Assembly (NCBI GenBank): GCA_949511925.1
Contig: CATEYX010000022.1
Coordinates: 1-51,197, forward strand
Reading direction: 5' to 3'
DNA length: 51,197 nucleotides
Origin: Cryomorphaceae bacterium
GTDB taxonomy: Bacteria; Bacteroidota; Bacteroidia; Flavobacteriales; BACL11
Positions 1 to 9,701 of this stretch are shown in pieces. The number at the start of each line of letters is the position of its first letter. Positions within the stretch are counted from its first letter, which is position 1. The notes beneath the pieces are model-generated. The model saw only the letters and a program-made list of their open reading frames with translations, was not told where the DNA came from and did not search any database. A program made the position numbers and the translations under genes.

Positions 1-558
1 TCCTTAATTGAGATTGATAAACTTATTGCAGCAGTTGATTTAAGTAATAAGCAAGGCGAGCGTAACCGAGCAATACTTGAAACTCTTTATAGTTGCGGAC
101 TTAGGGTTAGTGAATTAGTGAATCTACAATTATCAAATATTCATTTGAAGGAAGGTTACTTAAAAGTTACTGGTAAAGGTGATAAGGAGCGTCTTGCCCC
201 TATTGGAGGTAGGGCAATTAAGTATCTTACCATTTATATTAATGAAGTCAGGAATCATCAAACGATAAAAAAGGGGCATGAGGATTTTGTATTTTTGAAC
301 AACAGAGGTGCAAAACTCACTAGAGTAATGATATTTCTTATCATCCAAAAGTTGACCCAAAGAATAGGATTAAAAAAGAAGATCAGCCCCCATACCTTTA
401 GGCATAGTTTTGCTACTCACCTAATTGAAGGAGGAGCTGATTTGCGTGCTGTACAGGAGATGTTAGGGCACGAAAGTATTACCACAACTGAAATCTATAC
501 CCATTTGGATAATGAATATTTAAGGAGTAATATCTTACAATTTCACCCTAGGAGCTAA
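1..558 (+). CDS. xerD: Tyrosine recombinase XerD, C-terminal part (5' end outside window)
   Basis: Frame 1 is open from base 1 (SLIEIDKLIAAVDLSNKQGERNRAILETLYSCGLRVSEL...) and runs into tracked ORF 118..558. Catalytic-domain motifs HTFRHSFATHL and LGHESITTTEIYTHL fit the R-H-R-Y tyrosine recombinase signature. Confidence 0.9.
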   Translation, partial: SLIEIDKLIAAVDLSNKQGERNRAILETLYSCGLRVSELVNLQLSNIHLKEGYLKVTGKGDKERLAPIGGRAIKYLTIYINEVRNHQTIKKGHEDFVFLNNRGAKLTRVMIFLIIQKLTQRIGLKKKISPHTFRHSFATHLIEGGADLRAVQEMLGHESITTTEIYTHLDNEYLRSNILQFHPRS

Positions 559-1724
559 TGCAGTTAAGACACAATATATTGAAAATGTACCTGCTAAAGG
601 CAGTGCTCTGGTTTATGGTTGCTATGCCAATTATTGTCTTATTTTTTCAGGAACATGGCTTAACATTAACTGAGGTGATGATACTTCAGTCAATTTATTC
701 TTTTTCAGTTGCCTTATTCGAAATCCCGTCAGGATTTATTGCTGATATTTTTGGTAGAAAAAAAACTATCGTATTCAGTACTATTTTCACTTTTATTGGC
801 TTTTTGGTGTTTTCATTTTTTGGTGGTTTTTATGCATTTGCCATTGCACAAGTATTAGTTGGGATTGGTGGTAGCTTAATGTCAGGTAGCGATAGTGCAA
901 TAATCTATGATACCTTACTTGAAACCAATAGTAAAACTACGTATACCAAAATTGAAGGTAGGTCTTATGCTATTGGTAATTTTTCAGAAGCCTTTGCCGG
1001 AATTTTAGGTGGCTTCTTAGCAGTAGGTTCTATTTACATGCCAATTTATGTACAAACTTCTATCCTATTTTTTAGTATCCCTATTGCTTTTACATTGATT
1101 GAACCTACAATGCACAAGGAAAATAAATTGGATCGATCCTTTAAAGCTGTTTTGGAGGTTGTAAAGTTTGCAATGGTTGATAACCAAAAACTAAAATGGC
1201 TTATTATTTATTCTTCTGCTATGGGAGTAGCTACTTTGTCTATGGCATGGTTTGCTCAACCGTTTTTCAAATCTATTAATATTCCGCTTGCTTACTTTGG
1301 TATTCTTTGGGCTGTCCTTAATTTTTCAGCAGGAATTACTTCTTTCAATGCTCATCAGTTGGAAAAGAAATATAATAACTATAAAATGTTGTTTTACATA
1401 GCATTAGCTATGTCTACCTCATTTATATTTTTAGGTTATAATGCTTCCGTTTTTGGGCTTATTTTCATTCTTTTAATTTATTTGTTAAGAGGTATAGTAA
1501 CGCCTATTTTGCGTAATGCAATTAATGAAAATACTACATCTAACAAGCGGGCTACTATACTTTCAATTAGGAGTTTAATCATTAGAATATCCTTTGCTAC
1601 AAGTGCGCCAATACTTGGTTATATTGCAGATAATTATTCTTTAGCTATTTCCTTTTATGTTTTAGCTATTGGGGTAGCTTTCTTTTCAATCTTATCGGCA
1701 ATAAAGTTGAATAGGATAAGATAA
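558..1724 (+). CDS. MFS-type transporter
   Basis: 388 aa with about 11-12 hydrophobic helices. The loop motif ADIFGRKKT after helix 2 matches MFS motif A. The ATG overlaps the xerD stop (TAATG). Confidence 0.7.
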   Translation: MQLRHNILKMYLLKAVLWFMVAMPIIVLFFQEHGLTLTEVMILQSIYSFSVALFEIPSGFIADIFGRKKTIVFSTIFTFIGFLVFSFFGGFYAFAIAQVLVGIGGSLMSGSDSAIIYDTLLETNSKTTYTKIEGRSYAIGNFSEAFAGILGGFLAVGSIYMPIYVQTSILFFSIPIAFTLIEPTMHKENKLDRSFKAVLEVVKFAMVDNQKLKWLIIYSSAMGVATLSMAWFAQPFFKSINIPLAYFGILWAVLNFSAGITSFNAHQLEKKYNNYKMLFYIALAMSTSFIFLGYNASVFGLIFILLIYLLRGIVTPILRNAINENTTSNKRATILSIRSLIIRISFATSAPILGYIADNYSLAISFYVLAIGVAFFSILSAIKLNRIR

Positions 1725-1729
1725 AAGTA

Positions 1730-1737
1730 TAATTTTG
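1730..1737 (+). promoter_or_regulatory. Bacteroidota-type -7 promoter box TAATTTTG (TAnnTTTG)
   Basis: Exact TAnnTTTG match 4 nt upstream of the ATG at 1742. No clear -33 TTTG element seen. Confidence 0.3.
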
Positions 1738-1741
1738 CAAT

Positions 1742-2050
1742 ATGAATAGACTTAAAGAAAAATGGGGGATTACCTCTAATTTCCAAATTATCATAATTTT
1801 ACTTGTATTCTCAATTACTGGATCTATTGCTGTAATAGTAGCACAGCCAGTGCTCAACCTGGTTGGCTTGAACAAAGAAGCTCTTTCTCCTTGGATATTT
1901 TGGCCTATTCGCATATTCATTATCTTTCCTATTTACCAAGTACTAATCGTAATTATTGGTGCTTTATTTGGGCAATTTAAATTCTTTTGGGCTTTTGAAA
2001 AAAAGATGTTATCTCGTTTAGGATTTAAACGCTTTGAGGATAGAGAATAA
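1742..2050 (+). CDS. Small conserved membrane protein (DUF6787-like, from memory)
   Basis: 102 aa with two long hydrophobic segments (FQIIIILLVFSITGSIAVIV and WIFWPIRIFIIFPIYQVLIVIIGALF). The N-terminus MNRLKEKWGITSNFQ resembles a small Bacteroidota membrane-protein family. Confidence 0.5.
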   Translation: MNRLKEKWGITSNFQIIIILLVFSITGSIAVIVAQPVLNLVGLNKEALSPWIFWPIRIFIIFPIYQVLIVIIGALFGQFKFFWAFEKKMLSRLGFKRFEDRE

Positions 2051-2061
2051 AATCCTTTTCT

Positions 2062-2069
2062 TATTTTTG
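2062..2069 (+). promoter_or_regulatory. -7 promoter box TATTTTTG
   Basis: Exact TAnnTTTG match 20 nt upstream of the ATG at 2090. Confidence 0.3.
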
Positions 2070-2089
2070 GCTTCCTTAAACATTATTTA

Positions 2090-2854
2090 ATGAAACTAAT
2101 TATATCTTTAGCAACACGCCTTATACCTAGGCACTATTTACAGCATGTAAGTCACTTCTTTTTGCAGATTTTTTCTTTGTTCATGAGAGGAGATAAATTT
2201 GAAGACCCAATAAACGGAAAAACCTATCGTAAACTATTACCTTACGGAAGATTAAAGTCTCGTGAAAATGCCATTGCTCCTGATAGTATGAGTTTGGAAC
2301 GCCATAGATTGATGTGGTTGTTTATGAAAGAGAAAACTAACTTTTTTAAAGACAATATAAAATTCTTACATATTGCTCCCGAATACTGTTTTATCAAACT
2401 ATTTAAAGGAATGAAAAACTTAGAATATATTACTGGTGATTTAATATCACCTTGGGCGGATGTAAAGATGAATGTACATGATATACCAATGGATGATAAT
2501 ACTTTTGATGTAGTTATTTGCAATCATGTATTGGAGCATGTTGATGATTCTCATAAAGTAATGACAGAATTTTATAGAGTAATGAAGCCTGGAGGTTGGG
2601 GAATTTTTCAAGTACCTATCGATAGGAACAATCCAATTACGGAAGAAGATAAAAGTGTAACTGATCCAAAGGAAAGAGAGCGCCTCTACTGGCAAGATGA
2701 TCACCTGAGGTTATTTGGCCTTGATTATGGCAAGAAATTAGCCGCAGCAGGCTTTAAAGTTACTGAGAGCGATTTTATTAATGAGTTAAGTCCTGAATTA
2801 GTAGTGCGCTACGCCTTACCTAAAGGAGAAATTGTTTATTTCTGTGAAAAATAA
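2090..2854 (+). CDS. Class I SAM-dependent methyltransferase
   Basis: 254 aa. Methyltransf_11-like core motifs DVVICNHVLEHVDD and YRVMKPGGWGIFQVP. Confidence 0.7.
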   Translation: MKLIISLATRLIPRHYLQHVSHFFLQIFSLFMRGDKFEDPINGKTYRKLLPYGRLKSRENAIAPDSMSLERHRLMWLFMKEKTNFFKDNIKFLHIAPEYCFIKLFKGMKNLEYITGDLISPWADVKMNVHDIPMDDNTFDVVICNHVLEHVDDSHKVMTEFYRVMKPGGWGIFQVPIDRNNPITEEDKSVTDPKERERLYWQDDHLRLFGLDYGKKLAAAGFKVTESDFINELSPELVVRYALPKGEIVYFCEK

Positions 2855-2866
2855 TAAATTAAATTA

Positions 2867-3895
2867 ATGAAGAAAATTATATTTTTACTACTGATAAGTG
2901 CACAATTATTAAATGGACAAAGTTTAGAGGATTTAGACTTTGGTACTGATTCTACTTTTGAAGTAGTAAGTTGGAACATTGAATGGTTCCCAAAAAACGG
3001 ACAAGTAACTGCCGACTCTGTTAAAACAATAATCCAAAGCTTAGCTGCTGATGTATATGCGCTACAGGAAATTGATGACACCACTCTTTTAAAACAAGTG
3101 GTAAGTACCATTCCTGGTTATTCCTGTTATTTTAAAAGTACTTATTACGGAGGCTTGGCTTATGTGTACAATACTAATACAGTTCAAGTAAATGAAAAAT
3201 ATGAAATTTATACTTCTCAACCTTTTTGGAATACTTTTCCAAGGTCGCCACAAGTATTAGAGCTTACTTTTAACAATGAAGACTATGTGATTTTAAACAA
3301 TCATTTTAAATGTTGTGGAGATGGAACTCTGAACACTAATGATCCTAATGATGAGGAAATGAGGAGGCTTTCTGCTGTAACACTTTTAAAACAATACATA
3401 GATAGTTTGTTTATTGATGAAAGGGTAATTATTGTGGGAGATTTAAATGATATACTAACCGACCCTACTGCTAATAATGTATTCAACTCCTTTTTAAACG
3501 ATTCTGATTATTTGTTTGTTGATTTTCCAATTGCCCTTGGTAGTTCTTCTAATTTTTCTTATCCCTCTTGGCCTTCACATCTGGATCATATCCTAATTTC
3601 TAATGAGTTGTTTGCTGATTTTTCTAAACCTAATTCTTGGCTGTCGTGTATAAGGATTGATGATTACATGAGCAGCTGGAATGCTTACGATAATAATATT
3701 TCGGACCACAGGCCTATCGGTTTGAGATTACAAGTAGATCCTGTAATTAGCAATACTCTTGAAATGGAACCTAAAGTTAAAGACCTTATTAAAGTGATGG
3801 ATGTTTTAGGAAGGGAAACAAAACCTAAAAAGAATACTCCACTATTTTATATGTATGAAAATGGTAGTGTTGAAAAGAAGATAGTTGTAGAATAA
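2867..3895 (+). CDS. Secreted endonuclease/exonuclease/phosphatase (EEP) family protein with short T9SS-like C-terminal tail
   Basis: Signal peptide MKKIIFLLLISAQLLNGQ. EEP catalytic motifs VVSWNIEWF, YALQEI, IIVGDLND and SDHRPI. C-terminus DVLGRETKPKKNTPLFYMYENGSVEKKIVVE. Confidence 0.8.
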   Translation: MKKIIFLLLISAQLLNGQSLEDLDFGTDSTFEVVSWNIEWFPKNGQVTADSVKTIIQSLAADVYALQEIDDTTLLKQVVSTIPGYSCYFKSTYYGGLAYVYNTNTVQVNEKYEIYTSQPFWNTFPRSPQVLELTFNNEDYVILNNHFKCCGDGTLNTNDPNDEEMRRLSAVTLLKQYIDSLFIDERVIIVGDLNDILTDPTANNVFNSFLNDSDYLFVDFPIALGSSSNFSYPSWPSHLDHILISNELFADFSKPNSWLSCIRIDDYMSSWNAYDNNISDHRPIGLRLQVDPVISNTLEMEPKVKDLIKVMDVLGRETKPKKNTPLFYMYENGSVEKKIVVE

Positions 3896-3899
3896 AAAC

Positions 3900-4514
3900 C
3901 TAATATCCAATATAAATCACCTTTTTAGTTTCAAAAAACTCCTCTTCAAATAAGTCAGCTATTTCGTGCTTTACATGAGAAATTCCTCTTAGTTCTTCTG
4001 ACAAATCCCCACCTTTTAGGTAAAGAATACCATTGTTTAAAGTATTGTTATGAGTGTGATTAAATTTTCCTTTTACCCACTTTTTAAAATCCGTCATATT
4101 GGTAACGGCGCGGCTTACTACAAAATCAAAATTTTCTTTTATGTTTTCAGCTCTTTCGTGCAGTGTGCTAACATTAGTTAAGCCAATTGCACTACTCACT
4201 TCATTTACTACTTTTATTTTTTTACCAATGCTATCCACTAGCAAGAAATCAACTTCAGGAAATAATATCGCTAAAGGAATACCAGGAAAACCACCTCCAG
4301 TACCAATGTCAAGTATTTTTGTTCCTTTTTCAAACTGAATAACCTTAGCAATAGCTAAGGAATGTAAAATATGGTTGGTATATAGGGTGTCCATATTCTT
4401 TCTGGAAATCACATTTATTTGTGCATTCCAATGTTCGTAAAGGGGCTGTAAATCAGTAAACTGTTTAGTTTGTTTTTCCGTTAAATCAGGAAAATACTTG
4501 TGGATTATTTGCAT
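3900..4514 (-). CDS. rsmG: 16S rRNA (guanine527-N7)-methyltransferase RsmG/GidB
   Basis: 204 aa with GidB-family layout. SAM-binding motif ILDIGTGGGFPGIPLAI. Confidence 0.9.
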   Translation of the reverse strand: MQIIHKYFPDLTEKQTKQFTDLQPLYEHWNAQINVISRKNMDTLYTNHILHSLAIAKVIQFEKGTKILDIGTGGGFPGIPLAILFPEVDFLLVDSIGKKIKVVNEVSSAIGLTNVSTLHERAENIKENFDFVVSRAVTNMTDFKKWVKGKFNHTHNNTLNNGILYLKGGDLSEELRGISHVKHEIADLFEEEFFETKKVIYIGY

Positions 4515-5117
4515 CTAGTACGCATCCTTTACTCCCGACATAATCTTAAATAATTGCTCTCTACTTCTGTGTAATTGTGCTTTTACTGTTCCCAAAGGAA
4601 CATCTAATGTTTCTGCAATTTCATCATAACTTAGTTCTTTAAAATATCTTAGTTTTACTAAGTCACGATACTTTGGTTTTAACTGGTCAACAATTTGGCG
4701 TAATATAGCTATCCTTTGTTTTTTTTCCATTTCCTGTTCAGGGTTTAAATCCTTTGAAATCAAATCAAAAGTATTTCTTTTTCCATCTTCATCCAACATC
4801 ATCCTGTCTATGGAAATAGTAGGTAATTTATTCTTTCGCAAATAATCAATACAATGATTTCTGGCAACCGTGTACAGCCAAGTGCTAAAGGCATAACTAG
4901 GAGTGTATAAGTGCAGTTTCTTAAATGCTTTTCCTAAGGATTCAATAGTTAAGTCTTTTGCTAATTCCTGATCCCCTACTTTTTCGTATAACATAAAGTA
5001 AAGCGGGTCACGGTATAGCTTCATTAACTCATTATAGGCTTTTGAATCTCCATCTTCTAATGCTCTATTAATTAGCTTTAAATCTCGTTTTCCTTTTTCA
5101 GTCAAATCATCTGTCAT
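4515..5117 (-). CDS. RNA polymerase sigma-70 family (ECF-like) sigma factor
   Basis: 200 aa. Region 2 (WLYTVARNHCIDYLRK) and region 4 helix-turn-helix (LSYDEIAETLDVPLGTVKAQLHRSREQL). No adjacent anti-sigma gene. Confidence 0.85.
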   Translation of the reverse strand: MTDDLTEKGKRDLKLINRALEDGDSKAYNELMKLYRDPLYFMLYEKVGDQELAKDLTIESLGKAFKKLHLYTPSYAFSTWLYTVARNHCIDYLRKNKLPTISIDRMMLDEDGKRNTFDLISKDLNPEQEMEKKQRIAILRQIVDQLKPKYRDLVKLRYFKELSYDEIAETLDVPLGTVKAQLHRSREQLFKIMSGVKDAY

Positions 5118-6214
5118 CTACTCCATTTTTTTGGTTTACTAATAATATTCAATAATACAAAAATTCCTTGTATACATAAATATACTATTTCGTACACAGG
5201 ATGAATCCAATATAAATCCATTACTTTTAACGCTTTCATTGCTTTATAGTTTACTATATATGAAAGAAAGATTTTTACCCCTAATAATATAGTGCAAAAT
5301 TGCATAGGTGCTTTAAGTAAAAATAGTATCAAAAGTGCAGTCCAAAATAAAAACTGAGCATGAGGATATAGTGCTAAAAGGACTTTAAATTTTGTTTTAT
5401 AAAGTGGTGCTGTTGTAATATGTCTTCTTTTCTGATACGCCCATTCTCCCCATTTTCCTATTACTGCTGATGTAGAGTGTGCTTGTTCATTAATTTCAAT
5501 ACTTACATTATTTTTAGTTGCAATTTCTTGTATAAACAAATCATCATCCCCTGAAGCGATATGTAAATGATTGGCAAAACCTTTGTTTTCAAAAAATAAG
5601 GATTTCTTATACGCCATGTTTCGCCCTACTCCCATGTAAGTTTGTCCTGCAAGCGCATAGGAAAGGTATTGCTGAGCAACATTAAAAGTATCAAATCGGA
5701 TGAGCTTATTTAATAAGCCTTTCTTTTTCTCATATCCTCCATAGCCCAATACAATATCAGCTGAATTAAAATTGCGACACATCTGCATTGCCCAATTTTT
5801 AGAGTTAGGAAGACAATCCGCATCTGTTAATAGTAAGTGTTCATGCTTAGCTGTTTTAATTCCTAATGTTAGAGCAAGCTTCTTCCCTGGTCGTTTATTG
5901 ATGTGTTTCTCAATAGTTACAACTACTAAGTTATGGTATTTTTTCCCCAATTCTTTTAGTAAAACAGTTGTATCATCAACAGATTGATCGTTTACTACTA
6001 TTACTTCATAATTAGGATAATCCTGATTAAGAATTGCTGGCAACTTATCCTTTAGGTTCTGAAACTCATTTTTAGCGCAAACAATAATTGATATAGGTTC
6101 GTTAAAAGTTGAAACACTTGCTTTATAAGTATTTAATTTAAAAAAAAAATAAGCGTAATAAAACAATAGTAAACCTAAGCTTACTAATGTTACTGAGAAT
6201 AAGATGTTAATCAT
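5114..6214 (-). CDS. Membrane-anchored family 2 glycosyltransferase
   Basis: 366 aa. N-terminal TM helix, then a GT-A core (PISIIVCAKNE, VIVVNDQSVDDT, LLLTDADC), then C-terminal TM helices. 4-nt overlap with the sigma gene. Confidence 0.8.
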   Translation of the reverse strand: MINILFSVTLVSLGLLLFYYAYFFFKLNTYKASVSTFNEPISIIVCAKNEFQNLKDKLPAILNQDYPNYEVIVVNDQSVDDTTVLLKELGKKYHNLVVVTIEKHINKRPGKKLALTLGIKTAKHEHLLLTDADCLPNSKNWAMQMCRNFNSADIVLGYGGYEKKKGLLNKLIRFDTFNVAQQYLSYALAGQTYMGVGRNMAYKKSLFFENKGFANHLHIASGDDDLFIQEIATKNNVSIEINEQAHSTSAVIGKWGEWAYQKRRHITTAPLYKTKFKVLLALYPHAQFLFWTALLILFLLKAPMQFCTILLGVKIFLSYIVNYKAMKALKVMDLYWIHPVYEIVYLCIQGIFVLLNIISKPKKWSR

Positions 6215-6218
6215 TTTA

Positions 6219-7166
6219 TTATTTAGCTAAATAATTAAGAATATTTTTTTCAACTCTGTTAATCACATCACTTACATCTTCTTTTACAAATTTATCTCCA
6301 GTAATGTATTCAAATAATTCTATGTATCTTTCTGATACTGAAATGCAATATTCTTCACTCATTTCTGGTATAGATTGCCCCTGTTTTCCTTGGAAATCAT
6401 TTTGAATTAGCCATTGACGAACAAACTCCTTTGAAAGTTGTTTTTGTTGATCTCCGTTTGCAATATTTTCTTCATACCCTTTAATATAAAAATAACGGGA
6501 TGAATCAGGTGTATGGATTTCATCAATTAAAGTAATTACACCATCTTTATCTTTCCCAAATTCATATTTAGTATCCACAAGAATTAAACCTTTTTCAGCT
6601 GCAATTTCTGTTCCTCTTTGGAAAATATCTCTAGTGTACTTTTCAAGCTGTATGTAATCTGCTTCAGCAATAATTCCTTGTGATAAAATTTCTTCACGAC
6701 TAATGTCTTCATCATGCCCTACATCAGCTTTAGTAGTTGGAGTAATTAAAGGCGAGTCAAATTTTTGATTTTCCACCATTCCATCAGGCATCTCAACACC
6801 ACATAACATTCTTTTTCCTGCTTTATATTCTCTCCAGGCATGTCCTGTTAAGTATCCTCTAATCACCATTTCAATCATGAACGGATCACACATTTTACCA
6901 ATTGTTACGCTAGGATCAGGAGTTGCTTCCATCCAGTTAGGTACAATATCAGCAGTTGCTGTTAAGAATTTTGCTGCAATTTGGCTTAATACCTGTCCTT
7001 TGTAAGGAATCCCTTCTGGTAGAACATGGTCAAAAGCTGATATCCTGTCGGATGCAACCATTACTAGTGTTTCGTTATTTACAGTATAGACATCTCTAAC
7101 TTTTCCTTTATAGAATTTTGTTTGTCCAGGTAATTTGAAATTTGTTCCTTTAATTGTGTTAATCAT
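6219..7166 (-). CDS. purC: Phosphoribosylaminoimidazole-succinocarboxamide (SAICAR) synthase
   Basis: 315 aa long-form PurC. Motifs [16 protein letters not shown] and [11 protein letters not shown]. Confidence 0.9.
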   Translation of the reverse strand: MINTIKGTNFKLPGQTKFYKGKVRDVYTVNNETLVMVASDRISAFDHVLPEGIPYKGQVLSQIAAKFLTATADIVPNWMEATPDPSVTIGKMCDPFMIEMVIRGYLTGHAWREYKAGKRMLCGVEMPDGMVENQKFDSPLITPTTKADVGHDEDISREEILSQGIIAEADYIQLEKYTRDIFQRGTEIAAEKGLILVDTKYEFGKDKDGVITLIDEIHTPDSSRYFYIKGYEENIANGDQQKQLSKEFVRQWLIQNDFQGKQGQSIPEMSEEYCISVSERYIELFEYITGDKFVKEDVSDVINRVEKNILNYLAK

Positions 7167-8100
7167 TGTTTTGGTTTTTATATGCTTTAATTATATCTTT
7201 TACTAATTTATGTCTAATTACATCCTTTCCATCAAGGGTAACAAAACTAATGTCCTTGATGTCTTTCAATGTGTTTATTGCGTTTATTAATCCTGATTTT
7301 TGATTTCTTGGTAAATCAATTTGAGTTTCATCGCCTGTGATAATGAACTTAGCTGACCTTCCCATTCTTGTTAAAAACATCTTCATTTGCTGCTCAGTAG
7401 TATTTTGGCCTTCATCAAGTATCACAAATGCTTTATCCAAAGTACGCCCTCTCATGAATGCCAAAGGGGCAATCTGTATTGTTCCATTTTCTATATATTC
7501 ATTTAATCTTTCGATAGGAATCATATCAAAAAGCGCATCATATATAGGTTGCATGTAAGGGTCTAGCTTTTCCTTTAAATCGCCAGGCAAGAATCCTAAA
7601 TTTTCTCCCGCTTCAACAGCTGGTCTAGTAAATATTATTCTTTTTACTTCTCTGTCTTTAAGTGATTTAACAGCAATTGCTACAGCTGTGTATGTTTTTC
7701 CTGTTCCTGCTGGGCCAATAGCAAACAGCATATCGTTTATTTCAATCTCACTAATCATTTTGCGTTGGTTAGCAGTTCGTGCTTTTATTACTTTACCATT
7801 TTGCCCATGTAAAATAATATCATCTTTTGTTTTTAGAATTTCTGACTCATCCCCATCAACTAAACGTTCAATTTGATTTAAGGTTAGTGAGTTATACTGA
7901 TTAATGTGTTTTATAAAGGCCGTTAATTTCTGTTCAAAATATTTAATTTGATCAGTACTTCCTATTATTTTTAGTCGCTCTCCTCTAGATACAATTTTAA
8001 TTTGAGGGAATAAAGTTTTTATCTTATCTAACTTCCTGTTATTAGTTCCAAATAGTTTTACTAACTCAATGTTACTAAGTGTTATTAATTTTTCACTCAT
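7159..8100 (-). CDS. phoH: PhoH-family ATPase
   Basis: 313 aa. Walker [10 protein letters not shown] and Walker [10 protein letters not shown]. 8-nt overlap with purC. Confidence 0.9.
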   Translation of the reverse strand: MSEKLITLSNIELVKLFGTNNRKLDKIKTLFPQIKIVSRGERLKIIGSTDQIKYFEQKLTAFIKHINQYNSLTLNQIERLVDGDESEILKTKDDIILHGQNGKVIKARTANQRKMISEIEINDMLFAIGPAGTGKTYTAVAIAVKSLKDREVKRIIFTRPAVEAGENLGFLPGDLKEKLDPYMQPIYDALFDMIPIERLNEYIENGTIQIAPLAFMRGRTLDKAFVILDEGQNTTEQQMKMFLTRMGRSAKFIITGDETQIDLPRNQKSGLINAINTLKDIKDISFVTLDGKDVIRHKLVKDIIKAYKNQNND

Positions 8101-8126
8101 AAATTATACTGTTCATAGATTTATTT

Positions 8127-8134
8127 TAATTTTG
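8127..8134 (+). promoter_or_regulatory. -7 promoter box TAATTTTG
   Basis: Exact TAnnTTTG match 53 nt upstream of the ATG at 8188, in the divergent intergenic region. Confidence 0.3.
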
Positions 8135-8187
8135 GAGTTACAAAATAACAATATTTTAACTACTTCATCAATAGCTTTTCATAATAA

Positions 8188-8973
8188 ATGGCAATAATTA
8201 CACTTACTACTGATTTGGGGACAAAGGATAGCTATCTTGCATCAGTAAAAGGAAGCATTTATAGTCAACTTGATGATGCTAGAATTGTTGATATTACGAA
8301 TAATATTACTGCTTTTAATATACCACAAGCTGCTTTTGTATTGCGTAATTGTTATAAAGATTTCCCTGTTGGGAGTATTCATATTGTAAGTGTTGATGAT
8401 GAATTAAGTATTGAAAACGAACATTTAGCAGTAAAAGCAAATGGCCATTATTTTATTGGAACGGATAATGGACTTTTTTCTTTGTTACTAACTGAAATGA
8501 AAGCAGAAAAGATAATTCAGTTAAATATTGCTCAGGAATCAAACTGCCTAACTTTTGCTACAAAAAATATTTTTGCTTCTGCTGCTTGCCACTTAGCTAG
8601 AGGTGGAACAATGGAGATGATTGGTACTGTAGTTAACGATTATCTTGTACATAGAACAGATTTAAAAGCTGTAAGAGAAAAGGATTTAATTAAAGGAGTT
8701 ATCGTTTATAATGATAATTATGGAAATGCCATCTCTAATATTGATAAAACTATGTTTCTAGATATTCAAAAAGGCAGAGATTTCATTATTTATTATGGTA
8801 GGGAAGATGAAAGAATCACTAGTATTTCTGAAAAGTATAATGATGTTCATCCAGGAGATAAGCTAGCTATTTTTGGTGAAAATCAACAACTTCAAATTGC
8901 TATGAATAAAGGAACGGCAAATACCTTATTAGGTTTAAAGTTACATGAAATTATTAGAATAGAATTTAAATGA
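8188..8973 (+). CDS. SAM hydrolase / SAM-dependent halogenase-like protein (DUF62, SAM hydroxide adenosyltransferase family)
   Basis: 261 aa. Family-typical N-terminus ITLTTDLGTKDSYLASVKG, plus GSIHIVSVDDE and GTDNGLFS. Confidence 0.75.
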   Translation: MAIITLTTDLGTKDSYLASVKGSIYSQLDDARIVDITNNITAFNIPQAAFVLRNCYKDFPVGSIHIVSVDDELSIENEHLAVKANGHYFIGTDNGLFSLLLTEMKAEKIIQLNIAQESNCLTFATKNIFASAACHLARGGTMEMIGTVVNDYLVHRTDLKAVREKDLIKGVIVYNDNYGNAISNIDKTMFLDIQKGRDFIIYYGREDERITSISEKYNDVHPGDKLAIFGENQQLQIAMNKGTANTLLGLKLHEIIRIEFK

Positions 8974-9701
8974 TTGCTCTCTTTAGAAAAGAAATAAGTG
9001 TCTTTTTTAGTACTCTAATTGGTTATCTAATTATTGGTATTTTTCAATTGATAAATAGCATTTTATTATGGTCGGATTTTAGCGATATGAATATTCTTAG
9101 CTACGGCTATGCTGACATGGATATTTTTTTCACTTCCGCTCCATTATTCTTTTTATTGTTTATCCCTGCTATAAGTATGCGCGTTTTTACTGAAGAATAC
9201 TCTTCAGGGACAATCGAAATTTTAATTACTAAATCAATTAACTCATTGCAAATTGTCATAGCTAAGTTTTTAGCTGTTTTTGTTTTGGTGATATTTGCCA
9301 TTCTCCCAACATTAATTTATGTAGCTAGTATTTACTATTTAGGAGAGAATATTGGCAACCTTGATCTAGCAGGTATTATGGGTTCGTATTTAGGATTAAT
9401 CTTTTTATGTGCACTCTTTTCTGCTATCAGTATCTATGCCTCATCTCTAGCAAGTAATCAGATTATTTCCTTTGCATTTGCTATTTTACTGTGCACTTTA
9501 TTTTATTTTGGGTTTGATGTATTAAGTGAACTTTCATTTTTTCAAAATTTCGATTTGTTTATTCAGCAATTAGGAATTTCTTTCCATTATGAAATGATGA
9601 GTAAAGGTCTAGTTAAACTCTCGGATATTATCTATTTTGTATCAGTTACTACTTTATTTATTAAGCTTACTGAACTTGTTATTACTGAAAGGAAAGCATA
9701 A
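8970..9701 (+). CDS. gldF: Gliding-motility ABC transporter permease GldF
   Basis: 243 aa ABC-2-type permease with about 6 helices. The N-terminus MIALFRKEISVFFSTLIGYLII is typical of GldF, and gldG follows immediately. Confidence 0.75.
   Translation: MIALFRKEISVFFSTLIGYLIIGIFQLINSILLWSDFSDMNILSYGYADMDIFFTSAPLFFLLFIPAISMRVFTEEYSSGTIEILITKSINSLQIVIAKFLAVFVLVIFAILPTLIYVASIYYLGENIGNLDLAGIMGSYLGLIFLCALFSAISIYASSLASNQIISFAFAILLCTLFYFGFDVLSELSFFQNFDLFIQQLGISFHYEMMSKGLVKLSDIIYFVSVTTLFIKLTELVITERKA

Noticed and set aside
1-558. Tyrosine recombinase at the window edge as a possible integrase marking a mobile element.
   Set aside because: The sequence matches the housekeeping XerD catalytic domain. 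It is followed by ordinary chromosomal genes with no att-like repeats, tRNA target or cargo genes visible.
1666-1920. This and the many other 60-110-aa ORFs opposite annotated genes (for example 160-360, 2242-2704, 4099-4338, 7337-7876, 14667-14925, 16703-16978, 29534-30115, 35330-35627, 43342-44375, 45252-45868).
   Set aside because: All overlap longer ORFs that have clear family motifs on the other strand or frame. None shows a motif, signal peptide or plausible start context.
4499-4507. TGTGGATTA, one mismatch from a DnaA box (TGTGGATAA), next to rsmG/gidB, a gene often near oriC. dnaN is also in the window.
   Set aside because: It is a single imperfect box inside the rsmG coding sequence. 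I could see no cluster of boxes, no AT-rich unwinding element and no dnaA gene, so the evidence for an origin is insufficient.
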